This document shows, piece after piece, positions 57,010 to 64,000 of a stretch of 64,000 nt of DNA (within the stretch, counting starts at the first letter, position 1; every line of letters begins with the position of its first letter). The stretch is from an uncultured Pedobacter sp. GTDB taxonomy: Bacteria > Bacteroidota > Bacteroidia > Sphingobacteriales > Sphingobacteriaceae. The position numbers and the translations under genes are program-made. The notes beneath the pieces were generated by a model. That model saw only the letters and a program-made list of their open reading frames with translations. It ran no database searches and was not told the DNA's origin. The stretch covers positions 14,215 to 78,214 of the forward strand of contig CBIHLM010000003.1 in assembly GCA_966210515.1 (NCBI GenBank), written 5' to 3'.

Positions 57010-58257
57010 CTATGACTTAGCTTTAATTACTTTATATCCTCTCAATCCAAAAACTGTAATTACAATAAAACAGATTAATGGCACTATATAACCGTTTTGA
57101 ATATTGCCAGTAGAGTCGGCGATCATTCCGAAAGCCCGCGGCAAAATAGCCCCGCCGACTATAGACATGATGATTAAGCTACTTCCAAATTCGGTATCTC
57201 CTCCTAATCCTTTAATGCCCAGGGCAAAGATAGTCGGGAACATAATCGACATAAAGAAACATATTGCGATTACCGTATAAACAGTTATCATTCCGTGCCC
57301 GTAAATAGCAACTAAACATAGGACAGCATTAATAGCCGCGTATATAGCCAACAACTTTTGAGGCTTGATAAAGCGCATTAAAAAGGTTCCGATAAAACGA
57401 CCTATTAAAAACGCTATGCCACAAGCTCCCAAATAATCCGCAGCCGTGATTTCATTTATGTCGGCAGATTTTGTAGCATATAAAATAAAAAGGCTGAAGA
57501 CAGAGACCTGTGCGCCTACGTAGAAAAACTGAGCAGCGACGCCCCAAGACAGATGTTTATGTTTAAACGCATGAAAGATGCTCTTACTCTCAGCCTGCTC
57601 ATCCGTATTTTGTATTTTGGGAAGCTTCGTAAATGCAAACACGATCGCAATTAAAAGCAAAATTGCCCCTAAAATCATATAGGGCATTTTAACCGAGGAC
57701 GCCTCTGCTGCCAGAGCCATTTGCCTTGCACTAGCCGACATCGCGTCTAATTCTGCGTCTGTATAGCCCTTTGTTAATATTATTCTAGCCCCAATAACCG
57801 GTGCCATTGCCGCCGCCAAGCCATTAAAAGATTGGGCCAGATTAAGTCGTTGAGTAGAAGTTTCCGGGTCGCCCAGTGATGAGGCATATGGGTTCGCTGC
57901 TGTTTCTAAAATAGTTAATCCGCAGGCGATAATAAATAATGCAATCAGAAAGAAGTTGTATGATTGGTTATCGGCCGCAGGTACAAAAAGAAATGAACCA
58001 AATGCAAATACTAAAAGGCCTATAATTATACCTGTTTTGTAGCCATATTTTTTCATTAGGATACCAGCCGGTATTGCCATGATAAAATAAGCGATAAAAA
58101 CCGCCGAGTCTACTAAAGTTGCCTGTACAGTTGTTAACGTAAATGATTTTTGTAAATGTGGTATTAAGATAGGATCAAGGTTGTGTGCAAATCCCCACAA
58201 AAAAAACAAGGACGTTACCAGAATGAAAGGAAAAAGATAGGGGTTTTTATTGGCCAT
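57010..58257 (-). CDS. fucP: L-fucose:H+ symporter family MFS permease
   Basis: LFFLWGFA, LETAANPY, RLNLAQSFNGL, QFFYVGAQV and MFPTIF; start reassigned to ATG 58257. Confidence 0.9.
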   Translation of the reverse strand: MANKNPYLFPFILVTSLFFLWGFAHNLDPILIPHLQKSFTLTTVQATLVDSAVFIAYFIMAIPAGILMKKYGYKTGIIIGLLVFAFGSFLFVPAADNQSYNFFLIALFIIACGLTILETAANPYASSLGDPETSTQRLNLAQSFNGLAAAMAPVIGARIILTKGYTDAELDAMSASARQMALAAEASSVKMPYMILGAILLLIAIVFAFTKLPKIQNTDEQAESKSIFHAFKHKHLSWGVAAQFFYVGAQVSVFSLFILYATKSADINEITAADYLGACGIAFLIGRFIGTFLMRFIKPQKLLAIYAAINAVLCLVAIYGHGMITVYTVIAICFFMSIMFPTIFALGIKGLGGDTEFGSSLIIMSIVGGAILPRAFGMIADSTGNIQNGYIVPLICFIVITVFGLRGYKVIKAKS

Positions 58258-58420
58258 GCGCGACGAGCTTAAATAATTTTTAATTGATTTACAATCCAGA
58301 ATATCAGAGCGAATATTGGATTTTATTCTTAAAAATTCTATTTTTTCAAGCAAAAAGGAATATACAGCTGAATACTATGGTAATGTTTTAACCCAGCAAG
58401 CCCGGGGCAGAGAATAATAA

Positions 58421-60892
58421 TTAAAACTGTGGCTCATCCATTGGTTGATTTTGGGGCTCTTTGTCGGTGCGCTTGTTTCGTTGGGGCAAATCCGACTGGC
58501 CGAAGCGGTAGCTAAATGTTAAAGTTGCCTGCCTGCCCTGCATCCGACGCTGGAATTCAGAAATCAACTGATCTGTTTCGGTAACCATCCCCCATCTTCT
58601 CGTATTAAAGACATCGCGCATATTAAATGACAGGCTAGCCTTTTTCTTCATCATATCCAAACGCAATGCTGCATCCATTCCAAACATTTCGTTACCCCGA
58701 CCCTGAGCCATAATCCTAGGCGCCATATAATTCATATTAATCTGACCGGATAAATTTAGAGGAAGCTGAAAAGTAGATGTCAAATTGGAGTTCCAGTTAT
58801 ACCCGTCATTAGGTTTTAAACCGAATTGTGCGTTCCCGAAAAACTTGTTATAAAATATATTCACATTGGCTGTGATGTTAAAACCTTTTGAAATATCCGC
58901 CCTGCTTATTAATTCCAGACCTGATGCTCTGGTTTTACTTAAATTAATAAACTGTGACAGTGTTGTGTCGCCATTTAAAACCGTCCGGTAACTTTGAACC
59001 ACATCATTTACCTGCCGGGTAAATAATGTAGAGGTGAAGGTCAGAACTTTCCAGAACTTCATATAACTAAATTCGACCGAATGGATATCCTCAGGTTTTA
59101 AGTTTGGATTACCCCTGCGAAGGTTGTTAGGATCGGTAACATTCAAGAATGGATTAACCTGCCATCCACGCGGACGATTAACCCGTCGGGTATAGCTTAG
59201 TTGCAACTGATTTTCGCCCTTAAACTTTTGAGTCAAAAAAACACTGGGATAAACCCGAAAATAATCCAGACTCCCTTTTGCGCCGGTTGGCTGCAACGTG
59301 CTTGCGTCAATAGCGGTATATTCTGTATTAAGATAAGCCTGCTCTGCACGTAAGCCTGCCTGAAAGCCAAATCCTTCACTTATCTGATTTTGATAATTGA
59401 CATATAAAGCATGTACAATATCTTCCGAAGAAAAATCATTGGTTAGCTGATAATCATTTTCAAGACTACCCGAAACAGGGTTTAATTTCTCAGAATCCTG
59501 ACCTTCTTCCCGAAGCCCGATGGTGGTGCGATAGCCTGTCTCAAACTTTTGCTTTTCTGTCAACGGCAGAGTATAATCGGCCTGAATATTGTAGTTTGTA
59601 CGTGTTCCGCTGTTTAAATTAACTCTACTGTCAATTGAATCTTTGGTGTCCCTTTGGGGATAAAAAAAGCTTTGATTGAAAATCGACTCCTGATCTTCGG
59701 AACTCTGACCGACGCTAAAATTCGCAACAAATTCCTCGCCTTGTTTTTTCAACTTTCTGCTGAAATCAAACGCCAGATCATAACCTTTATCCTTCTCATT
59801 CTCTTCCGAATTTCTAAGACTGGTTCCGTTAACATAGGTGTTCAAATAATTCTGATAGACATAATTAATATCTTCGGTATCCTCACCATTTCTAAGATTT
59901 ATATTTGCCGAAGCGCCAATTGAGGTTTTCTTATTGATATAATAATCGATTCCCGCTTTTGCATTGTTTCCAACATTATGTCGCTGGCCGCTGGAAGTAT
60001 TAAAGGTCTGTCCGTTATTTATAAAAGAAGTATTATTAAATCCTCCGCCGATGCGTGTACCGTATCTAAAACTATAGTTTCCGTAAACATTGACGTTGCC
60101 GTCGCGATAGCTCAAATTAGTGCTGGCATTGTAATTTTCCTGAGTACCGGCAGACAAAGAAACAGCCCCGTTAACACCCACCTTTTTATTTTTCTTTAAA
60201 ACGATATTGATAATCCCGGTTTGCCCTTCCGGATCATATTTAGAAGAAGGATTGGTAATTAACTCAATACTTTCTATAGAACTTGCGGGTAGGGCCTGCA
60301 AAATAGTCGATATATCACCTCCACCTATAGCCGAAGGTTTACCATCTATTAAAACCCGGACGCTTCCAGAACCCCGTAGATTAATATTTCCGTCAATATC
60401 AACCGAAACCGTCGGCACATTAGCCAGCAAATCAGTTGCAGATCCACCCTCGCTTACTAAACTCTGCTCTACATTAAAAACCTTACGATCTACACCTAAT
60501 TGCATAGAACTCCGTTGTCCCTCAATTGTAACCTGCTTTAACACATTCTCCTTGTTCTGCACTAAGGGAATAATTCCCAGATCTATCTGGTAATTTTCCT
60601 GAGAAATTAAAAGTTGGGTCTTTGAAAAAGGCTGAAAACCAACAAAGCTTATTTTCAGGGTATAGGTACCAAATGGCAGATTTGGTAGAACAAACTTCCC
60701 TGCTAGATCGCTTTGCGCGGCTTTAATTGTTTTTCCCGAGGCCGAATCTATCAATGCTACCGTCGCAAAATCGACAGGATTCTTAGTGCCAGAATCGACA
60801 ACTTTTCCACGGATGTTTCCTACTGAATTTTGCGCAGAAACAACATTAACACTAAGAAGAGAAAACGTAATTAAGATATATAAAAGCCTCAT
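58421..60892 (-). CDS. TonB-dependent receptor (carboxypeptidase-regulatory-like N-domain, plug, OMP_b-brl_3-type barrel)
   Basis: Signal peptide VSA|Q; GGSATDLLANVPTV..LRG..VLIDGKP..IELITNPSSKYDPEG plug; SYTRRVNRP and GNPNLKPE. Confidence 0.9.
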   Translation of the reverse strand: MRLLYILITFSLLSVNVVSAQNSVGNIRGKVVDSGTKNPVDFATVALIDSASGKTIKAAQSDLAGKFVLPNLPFGTYTLKISFVGFQPFSKTQLLISQENYQIDLGIIPLVQNKENVLKQVTIEGQRSSMQLGVDRKVFNVEQSLVSEGGSATDLLANVPTVSVDIDGNINLRGSGSVRVLIDGKPSAIGGGDISTILQALPASSIESIELITNPSSKYDPEGQTGIINIVLKKNKKVGVNGAVSLSAGTQENYNASTNLSYRDGNVNVYGNYSFRYGTRIGGGFNNTSFINNGQTFNTSSGQRHNVGNNAKAGIDYYINKKTSIGASANINLRNGEDTEDINYVYQNYLNTYVNGTSLRNSEENEKDKGYDLAFDFSRKLKKQGEEFVANFSVGQSSEDQESIFNQSFFYPQRDTKDSIDSRVNLNSGTRTNYNIQADYTLPLTEKQKFETGYRTTIGLREEGQDSEKLNPVSGSLENDYQLTNDFSSEDIVHALYVNYQNQISEGFGFQAGLRAEQAYLNTEYTAIDASTLQPTGAKGSLDYFRVYPSVFLTQKFKGENQLQLSYTRRVNRPRGWQVNPFLNVTDPNNLRRGNPNLKPEDIHSVEFSYMKFWKVLTFTSTLFTRQVNDVVQSYRTVLNGDTTLSQFINLSKTRASGLELISRADISKGFNITANVNIFYNKFFGNAQFGLKPNDGYNWNSNLTSTFQLPLNLSGQINMNYMAPRIMAQGRGNEMFGMDAALRLDMMKKKASLSFNMRDVFNTRRWGMVTETDQLISEFQRRMQGRQATLTFSYRFGQSDLPQRNKRTDKEPQNQPMDEPQF

Positions 60893-61020
60893 TTTTACCT
60901 GTTTTTGTTCTATTTAGCAACAAACAACGTGCAAAGAAAGGGCATTAAAGCATGAATATGCAGGCAGTAACTACTTTATTACGATAAAGAAACTCTAATC
61001 AGACTGATTAAGGATGCCGT

Positions 61021-61317
61021 CTAATCGATAGTAACCGTCAGTCCTTCTTGCTGAAGAATTTTCCGGTAGACTTCAAGCTCAGTAAAAGAACCCTCAAGCA
61101 CGGCACATTTGCCATCGTTATGAATAGTCCATGCTATATTTTCGGCTTGATTTTGGTTATAATCGAGATATTTTACCAGACAGTAAATTACGTGCTCAAA
61201 GGTGTTTACATCATCATTCCATAAAATTAAACGATGATTGGCTTTTATACTCGTTAAGATCTCCTCGAGGGTAAAAGTTTCAACTTCGGTCTCTGTTCCG
61301 GCATTAAGAATATTCAT
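61021..61317 (-). CDS. clpS: ATP-dependent Clp protease adaptor ClpS
   Basis: LILWNDDVNTFEHVI, IHNDGKC. Confidence 0.9.
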   Translation of the reverse strand: MNILNAGTETEVETFTLEEILTSIKANHRLILWNDDVNTFEHVIYCLVKYLDYNQNQAENIAWTIHNDGKCAVLEGSFTELEVYRKILQQEGLTVTID

Positions 61318-61356
61318 TCTACAAAATTTTTTATACAGGTTTGATGATATGCAAAT

Positions 61357-62118
61357 TTAGGACTTTTTAAAGTTCTGTATAATAGTTTGTAAAATTGATC
61401 GGTTATAAGGAGCCCACCACTCTTCCAATATCTTTTTTATTACGTCCGGTTGATGAGGCTGAACAGCAAAAACCAAATTCCTTCGAATGTTTTGCTTACT
61501 CTCCTGCCAAATTACTTTATTAAATTGAAGATACTTCTGCATTTGTTTAACTGCTGCACTAATTACAGATCCCCCAGGCACAACCTCGTTGACTAATCCA
61601 CTACCTAAAGCTTCGTCGGGATTCATCAATTTGCCTTCCAGCAAATATTTACTGGCATTTTGCCGGCCAATACATGAGGCATATAACTGAAAGAAACTGT
61701 CGGGAACAATAATTCCTAAGGCAATTTCATTTAACCCTATCGAAAACTCGCCCCGGGCCATGACTCTGTAATCGCAGCAAAGACTAAAAATTGTGCCTGC
61801 GGCCGGTGCGTGGCCATTTATCGCGGCTATTAACGGCTTTTTAAAGGCGGTCAGAGTATGAATAAGCGTAAAATATTGTTCCCAAAACTTTTTAATTTGT
61901 TCTTCCGAATAGTCGAAAAGCTCGATCAGATCAAGTCCGGCGGTGAAATATTCATCTTTGCCTGTCAAAATCACACCAGAAACATTATCGTCTTTCTCAA
62001 TATTCTGAATCATCTCCATTAGCTCCACCAGCATTTCGGCACCTATGGCGTTAGATCGTCCTTTATCAAGAGTTAAAAGAGCTATTTTTTCTTTTATAGT
62101 TATTTTAATAGAATTCAT
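61357..62118 (-). CDS. Enoyl-CoA hydratase/isomerase family (delta3-delta2 isomerase-like)
   Basis: FTAGLDL, AAINGHAPAAG and IGLNE (single catalytic Glu). Confidence 0.88.
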   Translation of the reverse strand: MNSIKITIKEKIALLTLDKGRSNAIGAEMLVELMEMIQNIEKDDNVSGVILTGKDEYFTAGLDLIELFDYSEEQIKKFWEQYFTLIHTLTAFKKPLIAAINGHAPAAGTIFSLCCDYRVMARGEFSIGLNEIALGIIVPDSFFQLYASCIGRQNASKYLLEGKLMNPDEALGSGLVNEVVPGGSVISAAVKQMQKYLQFNKVIWQESKQNIRRNLVFAVQPHQPDVIKKILEEWWAPYNRSILQTIIQNFKKS

Positions 62119-64000
62119 TTCACATTAAATCGATGTACCTGTCGTACCAAAGAACCATTTAAGTCCAGACCCTCAATAACAGCTTTGTAAGCCCCCGGTT
62201 TGTCTGAGGTGAAAAATTCTACGAAGGCTTTACCCTCGGCGGAGGTTAAAACGTTAGGCATCCAAAAAATTGTGGTCCGCAAATCTGGTAACGAAACTGT
62301 CTTGCCGTCATAAGCTGGTGAATAAAACTGCCGACCCAGGTAATAACCCTGCGGAGTATAAGAAGCAATGCCAGGTGCAAAAGAGCGGGCAGACATATTG
62401 CGTTCACCTCTTTTAGTGGTTATTATCATTACGCCTCCGCCACCCCTCATGCCGTAAATAGCAGTATTTCCAATACTTTTTAAGATTTCTATTGTCTCTA
62501 CATCATACGGACTTATAACCGAAAGATAAGAAGGCTCTACATACATTCCATCAATAATAAGCTGCATCGGAACCGGTCCGGAAAATGAACTTGACATACT
62601 TCTGGTTAAATACGGCACACCATTTTGAATCACCAGGCCAGCAACTCTTCCCTGAAGACAGAACGCTAAATCCTGACAGTTCTCCAAATCCGCGGCAACA
62701 AGTATGGCATCTGCATTTCCGGCTCCGTTAAGGTTGCTCGACTCTTTTACCTTTGGCTTTGCCTGGGTAACCTTAACCTCCGCAAGCACAATACTTCGAC
62801 GCATCAGGCCATTTCTGCGCATTTCGGCAAATTGCTCACTACGATTTTTTAAATATGTAATAATCGATTGATTGACATTTATTTCTGCGGCCGAAGCATT
62901 TTTATTCTTAGTGACCTGTTGCGCCGGAATCCTGTCAAGTACAATCTCGACGTTTTTTTTATCCCTGGCATTTCGTGCCTGCACTATAAAGGTGGTACTA
63001 TCATTAAAATTCAGATTTTCAAAATTGAATCTGCCTTCCGCATCGGTTATCGTATCAAGCACCATACCGGTTCCTCCCGAAGAAAGCAAAGTTACTTTAC
63101 TCCCCGGGGAAGACGTCCCGTTCGTATTAAGAACTCTCCCGCTTACGCTGATGTTTGTTTCTGGTCTAAAAGTCATCATAGGATATATACCCGCCGCCAG
63201 ATTTTCCCATTCGAACTTTCTCCATCCCTGCGTCAGCATTAAATTATCCAATTCTTTTTCTTTCTGCGCAGTAACATCAGTAAAATAATAATTTGGAGTT
63301 TCTATGTATCCTTTCAATTCAGAAGTCAACAATAGATTTGACAATATTGTAGTCTCATTAATGTCATCAAAAGGTATCTGAGATTCATTGGTGACGGCTA
63401 TTGAAAATGCTCCTTGTATGGGCTTACCTGCAGAATCAGCCGCATTCAGGCTCATGTTGACTTTCTCACGCAGGCCATAGGTTTCTTTATTTGATTTTAA
63501 CTCTACCGTAAGAGGAGAACGATGACGAATAAACACCAACCGTTCTGCCAGTGGCTTATAGGAAGAATTTAACAAAGTAAATTGAATTATCCCGGAAGGA
63601 AAACGCTTCTTGGACAGCGAAGCTGACAAAAGATTCCCGTCCAATTTATTCTTAGAAACAAAATGCACATTTCCGTTTGACTGACCCACCAGTATAACTT
63701 CCTGGTCCGGCGCTCCGGTAACTGCAGAGACTTTAATGGATAAATTGTCATTATCACTGCCATTTACCGTCAGAATATAGCCTGTATTTGCTGCTTTAGG
63801 CAAGTCCAGCTTTTTCTCCGAGCCGTCTTCAAACCTAACGATGGCAGTATAACGGCTGTCTTTCAAAGGTGTAAATAAGAAGCTTCCCATCCCGGCGTAG
63901 TCGGAGGTAAATTGCACAATTTTGGTTCCGTTTTCGTCCTGAACAAACCCGCTGATATTTCTGCTCACACCATCTGCTGCAACAGCTTTAAAAGCAACCC
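62115..64000 (-). CDS. Alpha-2-macroglobulin-like (MG domain) protein with carboxypeptidase-regulatory-like and TonB plug domains; 5' end beyond window
   Basis: The frame stays open to the edge (..VAFKAVAADGVSRN). It contains AERLVF, KETYGLREKVNM..GAFSIAV, DNLMLTQGWR, a plug (DVETIEILK..AIYG.RG..GV.IITTK) and DLRTTIFWMPNV. Confidence 0.8.
   Translation of the reverse strand, partial: VAFKAVAADGVSRNISGFVQDENGTKIVQFTSDYAGMGSFLFTPLKDSRYTAIVRFEDGSEKKLDLPKAANTGYILTVNGSDNDNLSIKVSAVTGAPDQEVILVGQSNGNVHFVSKNKLDGNLLSASLSKKRFPSGIIQFTLLNSSYKPLAERLVFIRHRSPLTVELKSNKETYGLREKVNMSLNAADSAGKPIQGAFSIAVTNESQIPFDDINETTILSNLLLTSELKGYIETPNYYFTDVTAQKEKELDNLMLTQGWRKFEWENLAAGIYPMMTFRPETNISVSGRVLNTNGTSSPGSKVTLLSSGGTGMVLDTITDAEGRFNFENLNFNDSTTFIVQARNARDKKNVEIVLDRIPAQQVTKNKNASAAEINVNQSIITYLKNRSEQFAEMRRNGLMRRSIVLAEVKVTQAKPKVKESSNLNGAGNADAILVAADLENCQDLAFCLQGRVAGLVIQNGVPYLTRSMSSSFSGPVPMQLIIDGMYVEPSYLSVISPYDVETIEILKSIGNTAIYGMRGGGGVMIITTKRGERNMSARSFAPGIASYTPQGYYLGRQFYSPAYDGKTVSLPDLRTTIFWMPNVLTSAEGKAFVEFFTSDKPGAYKAVIEGLDLNGSLVRQVHRFNVK

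Noticed and set aside
48392-60892. Classical SusC/SusD polysaccharide utilisation locus
   Set aside because: No SusD, no SusC-type receptor, no HTCS/ECF regulator and no glycoside hydrolases.
657-63288. The many other 60-140-aa ORFs nested in or antisense to identified genes
   Set aside because: All lie within well-supported CDSs and show no family motifs; treated as shadow ORFs.
1-64000. CRISPR arrays, tRNA/rRNA genes, prophage, integrase, defence systems
   Set aside because: No spaced direct repeats, cloverleaf or rRNA-like stretches, or phage, recombinase or defence motifs seen; intergenic space is small apart from 52137-52693.

Overview
A 64-kb chromosomal segment made mostly of core genes. 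It comes from an aerobic member of the Bacteroidota: TAnnTTTG -7 promoter boxes, AT-rich leaders without Shine-Dalgarno sites, and signal peptides cleaved before Gln. Sphingobacteriaceae-like is an inference from gene content. Contents from left to right: (1) a ~16-kb minus-strand respiratory cluster, actABCDEF (alternative complex III), aa3-type cytochrome c oxidase subunits II, I, two III-type and IV, ctaA, cyoE, SCO and a DUF420 gene cut by the window edge; (2) a deoxyhypusine-synthase-like gene, a BamA/TamA-like barrel, a choice-of-anchor-L/OmpA fusion, a methyltransferase, a SirB1-like gene, prfB with an intact +1 programmed frameshift, and pgi; (3) an ECF sigma factor with an anti-sigma that appears to span both membranes, followed by YceI, a DUF5777-like barrel and a Rieske lipoprotein; (4) glutaminyl cyclase, yraN, dnaG, an M20 hydrolase, secA, purD, a TlpA-like protein, an arginase-fold protein with a degenerate metal site, an NAD-dependent epimerase, a SerB-(SerA remnant)-ACT fusion, a CLC-F type fluoride antiporter and ilvE; (5) a sugar-catabolism block with pectinesterase, aldo/keto reductase, a PQQ-type sugar dehydrogenase plus cytochrome c, and a non-phosphorylative L-fucose/L-galactose cluster with fucP but no dehydratase; (6) a TonB-dependent receptor, clpS, an enoyl-CoA isomerase and a 5'-truncated alpha-2-macroglobulin-like protein carrying a TonB plug domain. 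I saw no rRNA, tRNA, CRISPR array, prophage or intact transposase. All calls come from reading motifs by eye; no database searches were run.
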